In this document: one piece after another, positions 1 to 11,861 of the stretch
Numbering within the stretch: the first letter of the stretch is position 1
Layout of the letters: every line of letters begins with the position of its first letter
From: an uncultured Thiomicrospira sp.
Lineage (GTDB): Bacteria; Pseudomonadota; Gammaproteobacteria; CAKMZV01
NCBI GenBank assembly: GCA_965195345.1
Contig: OZ239628.1
Span: 1,248,001-1,312,000, forward strand
DNA: 64,000 nucleotides
Direction of reading: 5' to 3'
Program-made: the position numbers and the translations under genes
Notes under the pieces: generated by a model
Database searches by the model: none
Told to the model about the DNA's origin: nothing
What the model saw: only the letters and a program-made list of their open reading frames with translations

Positions 1-981
1 ATGGTTAAAGAACACATACACACTCGCACTAAAGCTGGATTGTTTGATATATCTCATATGGTGCATATCTCAGTTGAAGGGGTTGAAGCAGCCTCTTTTC
101 TTGAGAAAATATGCCCTTGTCTTGCATCCGAACAATCAATCAATACCTGTCGATATTCGTTCTTCCTTAATGATAATGGCGGCGTGATTGATGACTTAAT
201 GATAACCCGCTTAGGGCAAAATCAATATCGAGTTGTAGTAAATGCTGGATGTGCTGACAAAGATTGGGCACATATGCTAAAAATATCCGCTGATTTTGAT
301 GTTACTATAGAGAAGTTAGAACTTGCTTTCATTGCCTTGCAAGGACCTGATTCAGAGAGTGTACTGAAAAATTGTGGTCATGACTTCAGTGATATGGTGT
401 TCATGACTGCAAAAGTACTAAAACCTGATTGGTTTATCACGCGCAGTGGATATACTGGTGAAGATGGTTTTGAAATTGCAGCATCAGAAAATGAGATATT
501 TGAGTTATCACAGCAATTATTAAATGATAAGCGCGTTGCTTTAATCGGGCTTGGCGCACGAGATTCCTTAAGATTAGAAGCTGGATTATCGTTATATAGT
601 CAAGATTTGACAGATGACATATCGCCCGCTGAAGCTGGGCAACTTTGGGCTATCCCCAAAAAATTGCGTTCGAACGGAGAGTATTTAGGTTCAAAGGCGC
701 TTATTAAGCAGCTAAATGGCGTTATTCCTCGGAAACGTATCGGGCTGAAAATTGTTGGCAAATTACCCGTAAGATCGCATACTGAATTATTTAACAATCA
801 AAATGAATCCATTGGAGAAGTAACCTCTGGTGGGATCGGCTCAACTTGCGACTCTGCAATTGCTATGGCCTTGGTTGCTAAAGACTTCAATGATTCTAGC
901 TGTTGGGCTTTAGTTAGGAATAAACGCATTGAAATGAACGTCCACACCCTACCTTTTGTTGCACACACATACAAAAGGTGA
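1..981 (+). CDS. gcvT: Glycine cleavage system aminomethyltransferase T (probably 5'-truncated by the window edge)
   Basis: Motifs EH..TR..AGLFDISHM, RSGYTGEDGFEI, GLGARDSLRLEAG; the usual N-terminal segment is missing; followed by gcvH and gcvP. Confidence 0.95.
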   Translation: MVKEHIHTRTKAGLFDISHMVHISVEGVEAASFLEKICPCLASEQSINTCRYSFFLNDNGGVIDDLMITRLGQNQYRVVVNAGCADKDWAHMLKISADFDVTIEKLELAFIALQGPDSESVLKNCGHDFSDMVFMTAKVLKPDWFITRSGYTGEDGFEIAASENEIFELSQQLLNDKRVALIGLGARDSLRLEAGLSLYSQDLTDDISPAEAGQLWAIPKKLRSNGEYLGSKALIKQLNGVIPRKRIGLKIVGKLPVRSHTELFNNQNESIGEVTSGGIGSTCDSAIAMALVAKDFNDSSCWALVRNKRIEMNVHTLPFVAHTYKR

Positions 982-1035
982 TTATTTGATTACGAGATTT
1001 ATTAGACGAATTACACAACATAACAAAGGAGATTT

Positions 1036-1404
1036 ATGAGCATTTACTACACACAAACGCACGAATGGGTACAAGTCAAAGATAACATTGCAACAATAGG
1101 TGTTACTAGTTTTGCTTTGGAACAATTAGGCGACTTGGTTTATATTGAATTACCTGAAGTTGGATCTGATATTTCTAAGGGCGGTGAATCCGCTGTCGTT
1201 GAGTCTGTTAAAGCCGCATCCGATGTTTATGCTGCTGTATCTGGGACTATCCGTGAAGTAAATGAAGAGTTGGCTGATGATGCCTCCATTGCTTCTGCTG
1301 ACTCTCCTATGGATTGTTGGCTATATCGTGTAGAAATGAGCACTCCTTCTGAAATTGACGATTTACTTGACGAAGCTTCTTATAACGAAACGCTTGATCA
1401 TTAA
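1036..1404 (+). CDS. gcvH: Glycine cleavage system H protein
   Basis: HEWV, LGDLVYIELP, lipoyl-lysine motif ESVKAASDVYA; AAGGAG RBS upstream. Confidence 0.97.
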   Translation: MSIYYTQTHEWVQVKDNIATIGVTSFALEQLGDLVYIELPEVGSDISKGGESAVVESVKAASDVYAAVSGTIREVNEELADDASIASADSPMDCWLYRVEMSTPSEIDDLLDEASYNETLDH

Positions 1405-1502
1405 AACGTATTGAATGAGTCTTACAGTATTGATTTATAACGAATAGTTATTTGCATTATACGCTAGTGCTTTAACTGTTAAAACATCCCAAAAGGAAAA
1501 TT

Positions 1503-4289
1503 ATGCAAAGTTCTTTCTTACCAAGACATTTAGGACCTCGTGTCAGTGATTACACAAAAATGCTACAGGATATAGATGCAACATCACTTGATAATTTAAT
1601 TGAACAGGTGGTTCCAGAAAACATACGCTCAAACACTCCGCTTGAGATACCTGATGGCATTAGTGAAGAAGAGGCTTTACTTGAGTTAAAAGGGATCATG
1701 AATCAAAATGTCGTTCCTCGTTCAATGATTGGACAAGGCTATCATGATTGTCATGTGCCTCCAGTTATTCTTCGAAACATGCTGGAAAATCCTGCTTGGT
1801 ACACCGCATATACCCCCTACCAACCTGAAATATCACAGGGGCGTTTGGAAATGCTGTTTAACTTTCAAACACTCATTACTGAATTGACAGGGTTGCCTGT
1901 AGCGAATGCGTCGTTATTAGACGAGGCAACTGCTGTTGCTGAAGCTGCTATTATCGCTTTTCGTCAACATAAGGGCAAACGTTCTAAAATGGTTTTGGCA
2001 AATCAGTTCCATCCACAAACATTAGATGTTGTTGCTACAAGAGGTAAATCCGTTGGCTATACCTTGAGCAATGGAGACATTGATGAGGAAACAGCAGCAC
2101 TCCTCATACAATACCCTGATACTTATGGCGTGCAATCAGATATGCGCGACTTAATTCAAAAAGCGAAACAACTTGATGTGTTGATTATATTTTCTGCTGA
2201 CCCTCTTGCTTTGGTGCTTTTTGAGCCACCTGGCAACTTGGGAGCGGATATGGTTGTAGGATCTATTCAGCGTTTCGGCGTACCAATGGGCAATGGTGGA
2301 CCACATGCTGCCTTCATGGCGACCACTGAAAAGTTGACGCGTATTATTCCAGGTCGTATTATTGGTCAGAGTATTGATAGTGAAGGACGCCCTGCATACC
2401 GACTTGCTTTGCAAACACGAGAGCAACACATTCGCCGTGAAAAAGCCACTTCAAATATCTGCACTGCTCAGGCATTGCTTGCTAATATGGCAGCTGCTTA
2501 TGCAATATGGCACGGTCCTATTGGATTGCGAAACATTGCGATGAAAACCCACCAGTTGGCAGCTCGCTTGGCTAAATCGCTACAGAATGGCGGTTTTGAG
2601 TTAATAGGATCTAATTTCTTTGACACAGTAACCTTTAAAGATGACAATGCATCCGAGCTACAGAAAAAAGCTGAACAAGAGAACTACTTAGTACGAAAAA
2701 TCGACAATAACTTAATCAGTATTGCATTTGATGAAACGAGTGGTGAAGTTGATTTGCAAAATATTGGCAAAATAATAGGTTGCAGCATCGTTGATGAAGC
2801 AGAAAATTCTTTTGCAGAAAAGCGCAATCCTAAAGGCTTTATGTCGCAGGAAGTATTTTGGAAAAATCGATGTGAGACTGAGATGATGCGCTTCTTCCGC
2901 TCTCTAAGTGAAAAAGACCTTGGCTTAAATCGAACAATGATTCCGCTTGGTTCTTGCACGATGAAACTCAATTCTGCAGCGGAAATGATGCCTGTTAGCT
3001 GGGAAAAAGTGAACAGAATTCACCCTTTTGCTCCATCCCATCAATCTAAGGGTTATCAAAAAATGTTTGATGACTTGGATGCGTGGTTGTCGACTATTAC
3101 TGGGTTTGCTAAAGTCAGTCTTCAGCCTAATGCAGGCAGTCAGGGAGAATTCGCTGGACTAAAAGCCATTAGCCGTTATCATGCTGCCAATGGTGAAGAA
3201 CACCGCTCTATATGTTTGATCCCCTCCTCTGCACACGGAACAAACCCTGCTTCAGCACAAATGGCTGGCTATAAAGTGGTTGTTACTAAATGTCTTGAAA
3301 ATGGTGATATTGATCTTGCTGATCTGCGAGAAAAAGCGGAACTTAACAAAGACAATCTAGCGGCTCTAATGATTACCTATCCTTCAACGCACGGCGTATT
3401 CGAAACAAATATTCGTGAAGTTTGTCAAATCATTCATGACAATGGTGGACAGGTCTATTTAGACGGAGCAAACCTTAATGCAATGGTTGGACTTGCCAAA
3501 CCTGGTGAGTTGGGTGCAGACGTATGTCATTTAAACTTGCACAAAACGTTTTGCATTCCGCATGGTGGTGGAGGTCCTGGAATAGGCCCAATCGGAGTTG
3601 CTAAGCATTTGGTACCTCATTTACCAGGGCATACTAGCCTTGGCAGTAAAGGTGCAGTTTCTGCTGCCCCCTTTGGTTCTGCCTCTATCTTACCTATAAC
3701 GTGGATGTATATTCGAATGCTGGGTGGCAATGGCTTAGTTGAAGCAACTAGAGTTGCAATTCTCAATGCCAACTATCTCGCGGTTAAACTGAAAGATATT
3801 TTCCCTGTCCTTTACACTGGGCAAAATAACCGCGTTGCACATGAATGTATCATCGATCCAAGAGAGTATAAGAAAACTGCAAATATTAGTGTTGATGATA
3901 TTGCTAAACGCCTGATGGATTTTGGTTTTCATGCCCCCACTATGTCATGGCCAGTGGTTGGCACTTTGATGATTGAACCAACCGAGTCTGAATCACTGGA
4001 AGAGCTTGATCGTTTTGTAGATGCATTAACAGTAATTCATGAGGAAATTGAAAATATCGAAAATGGCGTTTGGCCTAAAGACAATAACCCTTTAAGCAAT
4101 GCACCGCATATTGCTGAAGATTTATTGAAAGATAATTGGGATCGTCCATATAGCCGAGAAATTGGCGGGTTGCCTCGAAGCGTGGCAAGAAGTACTAAAT
4201 TTTGGCCACCCGTTTCGCGCATTGATAATATGCATGGCGATAAACACTTGGTATGTTCATGTCCTCCGTTAGAGGATTACATAGATTAA
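1503..4289 (+). CDS. gcvP: Glycine dehydrogenase (decarboxylating), single-chain P protein
   Basis: [35 protein letters not shown] motif [18 protein letters not shown]. Confidence 0.98.
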   Translation: MQSSFLPRHLGPRVSDYTKMLQDIDATSLDNLIEQVVPENIRSNTPLEIPDGISEEEALLELKGIMNQNVVPRSMIGQGYHDCHVPPVILRNMLENPAWYTAYTPYQPEISQGRLEMLFNFQTLITELTGLPVANASLLDEATAVAEAAIIAFRQHKGKRSKMVLANQFHPQTLDVVATRGKSVGYTLSNGDIDEETAALLIQYPDTYGVQSDMRDLIQKAKQLDVLIIFSADPLALVLFEPPGNLGADMVVGSIQRFGVPMGNGGPHAAFMATTEKLTRIIPGRIIGQSIDSEGRPAYRLALQTREQHIRREKATSNICTAQALLANMAAAYAIWHGPIGLRNIAMKTHQLAARLAKSLQNGGFELIGSNFFDTVTFKDDNASELQKKAEQENYLVRKIDNNLISIAFDETSGEVDLQNIGKIIGCSIVDEAENSFAEKRNPKGFMSQEVFWKNRCETEMMRFFRSLSEKDLGLNRTMIPLGSCTMKLNSAAEMMPVSWEKVNRIHPFAPSHQSKGYQKMFDDLDAWLSTITGFAKVSLQPNAGSQGEFAGLKAISRYHAANGEEHRSICLIPSSAHGTNPASAQMAGYKVVVTKCLENGDIDLADLREKAELNKDNLAALMITYPSTHGVFETNIREVCQIIHDNGGQVYLDGANLNAMVGLAKPGELGADVCHLNLHKTFCIPHGGGGPGIGPIGVAKHLVPHLPGHTSLGSKGAVSAAPFGSASILPITWMYIRMLGGNGLVEATRVAILNANYLAVKLKDIFPVLYTGQNNRVAHECIIDPREYKKTANISVDDIAKRLMDFGFHAPTMSWPVVGTLMIEPTESESLEELDRFVDALTVIHEEIENIENGVWPKDNNPLSNAPHIAEDLLKDNWDRPYSREIGGLPRSVARSTKFWPPVSRIDNMHGDKHLVCSCPPLEDYID

Positions 4290-5485
4290 CCATCTATCAT
4301 AGAAACAGGCAGATCACGAGAAAGCCCACTACCGTATCTGCCTAATAACCTTTTAAGTGGCGTAATATCGTTGGCTAAGGAAAGCATTTTTTCGCGCTTT
4401 CCTTGCATAAAATGCGGAGTCTTTTGAAAGAGAACGTTGATTGCATCCATTCCGTATTCAATAATCATCACCTCTGATCTCCGTCTTTGATAGCTTTTCT
4501 TAACCGCTTCCTTTGTATAGTAACTGCCCGCTTTTAAAACTTCTTCAGCAAGAACAGCGGCATCAATCAAACCTAGATTGGCTCCTTGACCGGCCATTGG
4601 ATGGACACTGTGTGCCGCATCTCCAACAAGCACTACTTTTTCTTTGTACCAATTTTTAGCATGCTGGCGATGTAGAGGAAATGCACCGAACTCTCCTACT
4701 TTTGTAATCTTACCAAGCACGCCATTTGAGACTTCAAACAATTTATCTTCGAGGTGTTCATCTTGTAGCAGATGCTCTTTCTCATCTGGATTAATATACC
4801 AAGCTATAGAGCAGTGATTGTTAGGAAGCGGTAAAAATGCGAACGGCAAGCTATTTTGATAACGTTGCCAACAAGTGTTTTGATGCGCTTTTTCGCAGTA
4901 AACAGTGCCAACTAAACAGACTTGGTTATATTTTTTATTAGCACACTCAATATTTGCCCATTCTCTTATCTTAGATTGTGCACCGTCTGCAGCAATTAGC
5001 ATTCCCCCGTCAACTATTCTTCCATCGCTTAGCGTAACAGCAATGCTTTCGTCAAATTCTTCGATGCCTTCCCATGTTCCTTGAAACAAATGAACATTTT
5101 CATACTGCCTCAAACGTTGCCACAATGCACTTTGTATAATTGAATTTTCAATAATAGCCCCTAAATTTTCTTGAGCTATTTCGCTTGCATTAAAATGAAA
5201 AGCATAATCTAAATTATTTTCCCAAACCGTCATACGGTCGAAAGGCTGATATCTTTTTTTGCAAATATTGCTCCAAACGTCTAAATACTTAAAATACTTA
5301 ATTACTGGAGGTATTATTGCACTTACACGCAGATCAAAAGGTTTTCCGTCGTGGGAGCTTTCTGAACAATCAACTGTGTTACGCTCAATGAGTGCAACCT
5401 TGTAAGAATGCATGGCAAGATTCAAAGCAATAGCCGCTCCTACCATATTTCCACCAACAACGATGAAATCGTACTCCGTCTTCAT
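4286..5485 (-). CDS. UbiI/UbiF/VisC-family FAD-dependent ubiquinone hydroxylase
   Basis: VVGGNMVG Rossmann, [29 protein letters not shown]; directly downstream of ubiH. Confidence 0.88.
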   Translation of the reverse strand: MKTEYDFIVVGGNMVGAAIALNLAMHSYKVALIERNTVDCSESSHDGKPFDLRVSAIIPPVIKYFKYLDVWSNICKKRYQPFDRMTVWENNLDYAFHFNASEIAQENLGAIIENSIIQSALWQRLRQYENVHLFQGTWEGIEEFDESIAVTLSDGRIVDGGMLIAADGAQSKIREWANIECANKKYNQVCLVGTVYCEKAHQNTCWQRYQNSLPFAFLPLPNNHCSIAWYINPDEKEHLLQDEHLEDKLFEVSNGVLGKITKVGEFGAFPLHRQHAKNWYKEKVVLVGDAAHSVHPMAGQGANLGLIDAAVLAEEVLKAGSYYTKEAVKKSYQRRRSEVMIIEYGMDAINVLFQKTPHFMQGKREKMLSLANDITPLKRLLGRYGSGLSRDLPVSMIDG

Positions 5486-6657
5486 ACGCTCATCATATGT
5501 CGAGAAAAAGCACGTTTTAATGGAGATACAAACTCAAGCCCAACCAATGAAGCAGAAGCAAAGCGCGATAAAACTGGATGAGAAAATGATCTAATCATCA
5601 AATGAGTCAACCTTGACATTCTCGTGCTATCTATGTGGCGTTTTCCTGCCCAATTCAACAATGTTTCTTCAGCAATGTTATCTTCTTTAAAACACTCAAG
5701 CAAAGTGGAAACATCTCTAAAACCAATGTTTAGTCCCTGTCCAGCGATTGGATGAAGAGCATGTGCCGCGTTGCCGAGCAACAATGTCCGTTGATTATAG
5801 TAATGATTGGCTATGCACTCAGTCATCGGATAATCTGCACGATCTCGAATACTAGTAAACCTTCCGAGATGTTCTGAAAAAACCACATTACATGCGCTCA
5901 TAAAATCACTATCGCTTAAACACATTTGTTTTTGTGCTCTCTCTTGTGGCATTACCCAAACAAGTGAAGACTCGTGTGGATTAACAAGGGGCAACATTGC
6001 AAAAACGCCTGGAGATGTTTTATCAAGAAAACGCTCGTGCGCTGTATTATTGTGTGGTTTTTCGTGGATAACTTTACCTAATAACGCTCTTTGCTGAAAG
6101 TTATGCTTAGAAGTTGGAATGTTTGCTCTTGAACGTATTATTGAATTACTACCATCACAGGCCATTATCAACTGATAGGAAGCACTGTCTTTAGCAGAAG
6201 AGAGTTTTATTTCTTTCAACAAACCCTCTTCATTGCTGACTGGATGTATTTCTTCAATCGATTGCCCTAATGATAATCGAACACCTTTCGTCTTGCTTAG
6301 GACATCGTCAAGCGCCACACCAAGATCACGAGCAATAACAGTATAGCCTAAAGCGTCTGCATCTACTTCCTCAGCATTTAAAAGTGTAGATCCAAAATGT
6401 GCTCGTTGACTTACCCGAACTTTATAAATAGGTTGCCAATCAAGCATTTCAGCTATACCTAAACGTTTTAATAGGAAATAACTACCAAGATTTATAGCTA
6501 AAGTGCGTGCATCGTAACCCCAGCGTTTTTTAGGGTCAGCCGTTGCTTCAAGAACATCGACGCTCCAACCTTGTTGCGCCAATCCAATAGCCAAAACACT
6601 ACCTACAGGCCCGCCACCTACAATCGCTAATTGTCTATTTTTGTCTTTTTCAATCAT
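5482..6657 (-). CDS. ubiH: 2-octaprenyl-6-methoxyphenol hydroxylase
   Basis: GGGPVG, DARTLA, AHERF, GNAAHALHPIAGQGLNIG (GN variant typical of UbiH); pepP-ubiH synteny. Confidence 0.88.
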   Translation of the reverse strand: MIEKDKNRQLAIVGGGPVGSVLAIGLAQQGWSVDVLEATADPKKRWGYDARTLAINLGSYFLLKRLGIAEMLDWQPIYKVRVSQRAHFGSTLLNAEEVDADALGYTVIARDLGVALDDVLSKTKGVRLSLGQSIEEIHPVSNEEGLLKEIKLSSAKDSASYQLIMACDGSNSIIRSRANIPTSKHNFQQRALLGKVIHEKPHNNTAHERFLDKTSPGVFAMLPLVNPHESSLVWVMPQERAQKQMCLSDSDFMSACNVVFSEHLGRFTSIRDRADYPMTECIANHYYNQRTLLLGNAAHALHPIAGQGLNIGFRDVSTLLECFKEDNIAEETLLNWAGKRHIDSTRMSRLTHLMIRSFSHPVLSRFASASLVGLEFVSPLKRAFSRHMMSV

Positions 6658-7958
6658 TGTTTCAAAAACATTTCTATATCTTCTATACTGCGAGGTATGT
6701 CTTCTGTCAAATTACGATGCCCCTCTTCCGTTATAACAACAGAATCTTCAATACGCACACCAATTCCCCACCAGCGTTCATGAATATCTTCTGATTTTGG
6801 AAAATACAGTCCAGGTTCAATAGTTAAAGCCATCCCAGGCTTAAATTTTCGCCATTCCCCTTGTTTACGATATGTTCCGACGTCATGCACGTCTCTTCCA
6901 ATCCAGTGCCCAGTTCGATGCATAAACCATGGTTTATAAGCCTCTTCTTCTAATAATCTGTCTCTACTGCCTTGAAGCACGCCAAGATCAATCAAACCTT
7001 GCGTTAAATTAGAGCAAGTTAACTCGTGTATATCCTGCCAACTACTCTCTAAATTAAGAGCGCTTAACGCTTTTTTGTGCGCATCGTGTACTACTTCATA
7101 AATTGCGCGTTGCTCACCTGTAAATTCACCGTTTAATGGAAATGCAGTTGTTACATCACTTGCGTATCCTTGAATTTCCGCTCCAGCGTCAATAAGCATG
7201 AGCTTAGTAGGGTCAAGTTGAGCGTTGTTATCAACATAGTGCAGTACGCAAGCATTGTCTCCAGATGCGACAATGGACAAGAATGCGGTATTGGAAGCGC
7301 CCATTAAACGCATTTTACCCTCAAGGACTGCCTGTACTTGATATTCCCATTGCATAGTTTGAGCAGCAAGCATAGCAACTTTGTGTGCAGCTACAGTTAC
7401 ATCAGCTGCATGTTGCATGGATTCTATTTCTTCAGCATTTTTAATGAGTCGCATTTCGCTAAGCAATGGTCGAAGAAATTGAATGTTCGTAGGGCTCTCC
7501 ACACCAAGTCTCGCCTTACTTCCTACTTTTGAGATGGAATCCATTATGAGCTTATATCGTTTACTGCTTCCGTCAAAATCAACGACGATCCCTTGGCGAT
7601 TTGCCATTAAATCAGGCAGCATTTCTGGCAACATGGCTATATCAAAAGCATTATCAATAAGATATTCACTCTTTACACGCTCGGGTCCTATAATTTCCCC
7701 ATCCCAGCACTCAATTATTGAGTTCCTAGGTTGACAAAACAGTAGGCTTTCTCCCTTTTCACAATTGGGAGCAAGTACTAATACGGCTGATGATTCGCTA
7801 AATCCAGTTAGATAATCAAAATCGCTATCTTGTCGAAATGGAAAATAAACATCCTCATTTCGACTTTTTTTTTCGCCTGACCAAATAATTGCTATATTTT
7901 CGTTCCCAATTGTTTTGAGAAGGTGGTTACGACGGTTTGCGTGTTGTTTTGGTTGCAT
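6654..7958 (-). CDS. pepP: Xaa-Pro aminopeptidase
   Basis: FRQDSDFDYLTGF, LHY, DAGAE..GYASDVT, HWIGRDVHD, EPGLY, GIGVRIED. Confidence 0.96.
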   Translation of the reverse strand: MQPKQHANRRNHLLKTIGNENIAIIWSGEKKSRNEDVYFPFRQDSDFDYLTGFSESSAVLVLAPNCEKGESLLFCQPRNSIIECWDGEIIGPERVKSEYLIDNAFDIAMLPEMLPDLMANRQGIVVDFDGSSKRYKLIMDSISKVGSKARLGVESPTNIQFLRPLLSEMRLIKNAEEIESMQHAADVTVAAHKVAMLAAQTMQWEYQVQAVLEGKMRLMGASNTAFLSIVASGDNACVLHYVDNNAQLDPTKLMLIDAGAEIQGYASDVTTAFPLNGEFTGEQRAIYEVVHDAHKKALSALNLESSWQDIHELTCSNLTQGLIDLGVLQGSRDRLLEEEAYKPWFMHRTGHWIGRDVHDVGTYRKQGEWRKFKPGMALTIEPGLYFPKSEDIHERWWGIGVRIEDSVVITEEGHRNLTEDIPRSIEDIEMFLKQ

Positions 7959-7967
7959 TACATCACC

Positions 7968-9848
7968 TTAGAAAGAGGCAAGATCACCTCGTTTTTCAAG
8001 CCAAACTCTGCGATCAGAAGAGCGTTTCTTAGCAAATAGCATATCAAGCATAGCTAACGTATCATCATTATCTTCGATTTGTAACTGTACAAGTCTGCGC
8101 GAGTCAGGGTGCATTGTAGATTCTTTAAGTTGCTTTGGATTCATTTCACCTAATCCTTTGAAACGTGTAACAGATACTTTGCTGCGTTCATTACTCTTCG
8201 TTTTAATAATACGATCTCGTTCAGATTCGTCTAGTGCGTACCACGTATCCTTACCAATATCAACTCGAAACAGCGGAGGCATTGCCATATAAATATGTCC
8301 TTTTTCCACTAAAGCTCGAAAATGCCGTACAAACAAAACACATAATAGGGTTGCTATGTGCAGTCCGTCAGAGTCAGCGTCTGCCAAAATACAAATTTTG
8401 CCATAACGAAGCCCTTCAACCGACCAGCGATCAGGCTCCACTCCTATGGCAACACTAATATCGTGAATTTCATTCGAAGAAAGTATCTCATTCGAGTCTA
8501 CTTCCCAAGTATTTAATATTTTTCCTCGCAAAGGTAATATTGCTTGAAAATTTTTCTCTCTTGCTTGCCGTGCTGAGCCACCTGCTGAGTCACCTTCGAC
8601 AATAAATAATTCTGTTTGATCTAAATCATCGGATAGACAATCCGTCAATTTTCCTGGCAAAGCAGGTCCTGCAGAAATCTTCTTGCGTGTTACTTTTTGC
8701 GAAGATCTTATGCGAGAACGCGCCGCACTCATGACAAGTTCAGCAATTAAACGCCCTATTTCAACATGTTGATTCAACCATAGACTAAAGCTGTCTTTAG
8801 CAATATTCGAGACAAGGGTTACGGCCTCTCGTGAAGATAGTTTTTCCTTAGTTTGCCCAACAAATTGAGGATTACTGAGTTTAATAGACAAAATGAAAAC
8901 CACATTTCTCCATACGTCATCTGGAGTCAATTTCATATGTCTTGGCAGTAAATTCTGAAATTCACAAAATTCCCGCAAAGCTTCTGTCATTCCTGATCGA
9001 AGCCCATTGACATGCGTTCCACCCTGTGCGGTGGCAATCGAATTCACATAACTTTCTTGCACAGGAGATTGCACTTCTTGCGTCCATGCAATGGCAAACT
9101 CCACCTCTCCCTCTTTGTTTACGTTTTTTGAATAAAATGACTCTTTGGGTAGTAAGATTTCATCAGGATAGTGATTAACTAAATATTCACGCAAACCGCT
9201 GTTATAACACCACTCGATCAATTCATTGGTGGAATCAATATGCAAGTGTATAGACAAGCCCGGGCATAGAACTGCTTTGGCTTGCAGGTATTTTTTCAAC
9301 GCCTTCAAATCACATTTTTCTGTTACGAAAAATTCAAAGGCTGGAGTAAAGTGTATGAATGTTCCTGTGGTTTTCTTGGTTACTTTACCTATAACTTCAA
9401 GATTGCCATTTGGTGTTCCATAGTTGAATTCCAAACCATATATACATCCATCTCGGCGTACTTCTACAGATAACTTTGATGACAAAGCATTAACTACAGA
9501 AACGCCAACCCCATGTAACCCACCTGAGAATTGATAATTGTCATTCGAAAACTTACCACCAGCATGCAACGTTGTTAGAATGACTTCCACTGCGCTGCGG
9601 TTTTGCTCAGGATGATTATCAACGGGCATACCCCGTCCATCGTCTGAAACACTAAAAGAACCATCATTTAAAACGCGAACGACGATGTTTGAAGCATATC
9701 CAGATATTGCCTCATCAACACTGTTATCAACCACTTCTTGTACTAAATGGTTAGGGTTTTGAGTGTCAGTGTACATGCCTGGGCGCTTTCGAACAGGTTC
9801 TAACCCTGTAAGTACTTCAATCGAAGATGCGTTATATTGTTTCGGCAT
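7968..9848 (-). CDS. parE: DNA topoisomerase IV subunit B
   Basis: LEPVRKRPGMYTDT, EVVDNSVDE, VEGDSAGGSA, ADADSDGLHIA, RFKGLGEM; 626 aa, lacks the GyrB insertion. Confidence 0.97.
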   Translation of the reverse strand: MPKQYNASSIEVLTGLEPVRKRPGMYTDTQNPNHLVQEVVDNSVDEAISGYASNIVVRVLNDGSFSVSDDGRGMPVDNHPEQNRSAVEVILTTLHAGGKFSNDNYQFSGGLHGVGVSVVNALSSKLSVEVRRDGCIYGLEFNYGTPNGNLEVIGKVTKKTTGTFIHFTPAFEFFVTEKCDLKALKKYLQAKAVLCPGLSIHLHIDSTNELIEWCYNSGLREYLVNHYPDEILLPKESFYSKNVNKEGEVEFAIAWTQEVQSPVQESYVNSIATAQGGTHVNGLRSGMTEALREFCEFQNLLPRHMKLTPDDVWRNVVFILSIKLSNPQFVGQTKEKLSSREAVTLVSNIAKDSFSLWLNQHVEIGRLIAELVMSAARSRIRSSQKVTRKKISAGPALPGKLTDCLSDDLDQTELFIVEGDSAGGSARQAREKNFQAILPLRGKILNTWEVDSNEILSSNEIHDISVAIGVEPDRWSVEGLRYGKICILADADSDGLHIATLLCVLFVRHFRALVEKGHIYMAMPPLFRVDIGKDTWYALDESERDRIIKTKSNERSKVSVTRFKGLGEMNPKQLKESTMHPDSRRLVQLQIEDNDDTLAMLDMLFAKKRSSDRRVWLEKRGDLASF

Positions 9849-9914
9849 AGTTATATTCTTATACCATTAAGTTCATTCGAAGTCATTATCATAAATATAG
9901 TGGAGAACCACATC

Positions 9915-11843
9915 TTAAAATTTCAAATGGCTAAAATCAAAAAAGTCATCGTTTTCATTCTCGTGAGGTTTTTGATGCCGTTCTAACAATTGATTGTATA
10001 GTTGAGGATTGTTTTGGCGAATGCTCTCCAAAGCCGCTTCAACATCTTTCGAAGCAAGCATGCTAATCATTTCACTTGCAATGCTCAGCCCCATTTGAGT
10101 TATATGGTTCTCCTCTAACATCGATTTTATCTTCTTATTAAGCCGTTCGTCGAGTTCGTGACAATAATTCTCATCGATTTCTTTTACGCTTGCAATCGAA
10201 CTGATAAGCTCCCCCTGTTTTTTTGAAGTAAATGTTGTTAATAATCTCGCCGCTTTATCTGGTTCAAGTCGAGCAACTACTAATGTTCGTGTTTCAAGAT
10301 CCTCATCTTCTAATAGTTGATTAAGCGTATGCGTATCGAGTGTTAAATACATGCTTTCGTTGATGTCAGTTTCATATTCCTCTTTCGCACTTTCCTCTAA
10401 TGTGTTTTCTATTCCCGGTGTACCTTCGAATTCTTGAATGTCTTCGACCTCTAATGCACTTTCTACTTTAGACGCATCTTTCATATCAGTGTTTTGTATG
10501 TCGTTTCTACTCAGCATATCTTGAGAGAATGGAGCATTCTCATTCTCATTCTCATTTACATTTATAGAATGAAGTATTGTCCTTGTATTTTCTTCTGAGA
10601 CGGCAGCTGGTTTTGGTGAGTGGTTAACTTGAAAAGAAGGTGAAACAGTGGGTTCAAAGGCAACACGTTCTTGTTCGGTAGAATTTGAAACAGTGGGTTC
10701 AAAGGCAACACGTTCTTGTTCAGTAGAATTTGAATAAGCTACTTTAGGGACAGGCTCTACTTTTGGCTTTTCATTTTTAGAATCATCATCTACCGATGCT
10801 CGTTTTTTTTTGCTGCGTAGCATGAACAACATAATCAGCAAATACAAAATTAAAATTAAACCGCCAGTTAACCATATCCAATGGGTAAGTAGATACTTAA
10901 ACCAGTAAGGGTCAATAGAGAAAAAATTTTCAAGGTAAGTGCTTAATAAATCTTCAATGATTTCATCATCCCTTTCTGCAACATACTCGTTATTTTTGAG
11001 TTCGACCGAGTTATTGCTACCATCCGGTGACTTGAACCCTTGCAATGATTGATCTGTTTGCTCTTCTACAACAAAGTTTTTACTAGAATCGACTATAGTA
11101 TCATCAGTGTTATCTGTTGAGATCAATTGCTTTGATTCGCTCAAAGATACTTGCTCTAAAGTCTTTGGATCAAATCCTTTTTTGGGTTCGACGACCGAAT
11201 TTGAGGGGAAATTTTCAATTTGCAGCGTGTCTCCCTTTTCAAAACGAATGTTAGCTGTTTCAATAATCTTATTACGAACAGTTACCAAATGCTCACCACC
11301 TCCGTTTACATCAACGATAGCAACGACCCCAAGGTGCAAAATCTCTATTTTTTCAGATAATTTTTTCTTTAGCCCATATTTGGCTTTGTATGCATCAACG
11401 AGTTCTTTAAGCTTTCGATATTGTTTTTTAGTATCAATCAACTGTTGTTCAAGAACAGTCAGCAATGTTACATCGGTTAATTCAATTTTCTGTTCGGTCA
11501 ATTCTTCTATTTGTCGTTCAAGATTCAATAATATAGAGTTATTAAAACGATACGTTCGTTGTTCATCCAGTGTGCTTTTATCAGACGCATTTATATCTGA
11601 AGTTGAGTCATTGAATGCGCCTTCCCATTCCTCGACTACTTGTATTTTGCTCTTTACTTTAATTAAACTAACAACAACCAAATCGGCTATAGATTCTTGA
11701 ATTTTTGCAGCAAGATTTGAACTGAATTGCTCTGCTTTGATGCTATCTTCGAGATAAATGTGTTTTATTGTTTTTGCATGCGAAAACGTTGCCATTCCTA
11801 GTAGGAATAAACACACGGAGATAAAAATTTTCTTATTTGTCAT
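9915..11843 (-). CDS. Exported/membrane protein: signal peptide, coiled coil, one TM helix, acidic linker, C-terminal FliG middle/C-terminal-like domain
   Basis: N-terminal signal (..FSHA|K); TM WIWLTGGLILILYLLIMLFML followed by RSKKKR; C-terminal ETRTLVVARLEPDKAARLL..Q.ELISSIA and MGLSIASEMI..ALESIRQNNPQLYNQL resemble FliG. Confidence 0.6.
   Translation of the reverse strand: MTNKKIFISVCLFLLGMATFSHAKTIKHIYLEDSIKAEQFSSNLAAKIQESIADLVVVSLIKVKSKIQVVEEWEGAFNDSTSDINASDKSTLDEQRTYRFNNSILLNLERQIEELTEQKIELTDVTLLTVLEQQLIDTKKQYRKLKELVDAYKAKYGLKKKLSEKIEILHLGVVAIVDVNGGGEHLVTVRNKIIETANIRFEKGDTLQIENFPSNSVVEPKKGFDPKTLEQVSLSESKQLISTDNTDDTIVDSSKNFVVEEQTDQSLQGFKSPDGSNNSVELKNNEYVAERDDEIIEDLLSTYLENFFSIDPYWFKYLLTHWIWLTGGLILILYLLIMLFMLRSKKKRASVDDDSKNEKPKVEPVPKVAYSNSTEQERVAFEPTVSNSTEQERVAFEPTVSPSFQVNHSPKPAAVSEENTRTILHSINVNENENENAPFSQDMLSRNDIQNTDMKDASKVESALEVEDIQEFEGTPGIENTLEESAKEEYETDINESMYLTLDTHTLNQLLEDEDLETRTLVVARLEPDKAARLLTTFTSKKQGELISSIASVKEIDENYCHELDERLNKKIKSMLEENHITQMGLSIASEMISMLASKDVEAALESIRQNNPQLYNQLLERHQKPHENENDDFFDFSHLKF
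10641..10734. repeat. 45-bp tandem duplication (2 copies, 1 mismatch) encoding SNSTEQERVAFEPTV twice
   Basis: tgaaacagtgggttcaaaggcaacacgttcttgttc(g/a)gtagaatt at 10641-10685 and 10686-10730. Confidence 0.95.
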
Positions 11844-11861
11844 TTACTCTCTGCTTGTTTA

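Noticed and set aside
1-60. Glycine riboswitch expected upstream of gcvT
   Set aside because: The window starts inside gcvT, so the leader is not visible
11107-11700. Long antisense ORFs (also 13638-14090, 36225-36800 and many 60-110 aa ORFs)
   Set aside because: They are opposite-strand or off-frame shadows of well-supported genes and have no recognisable motifs
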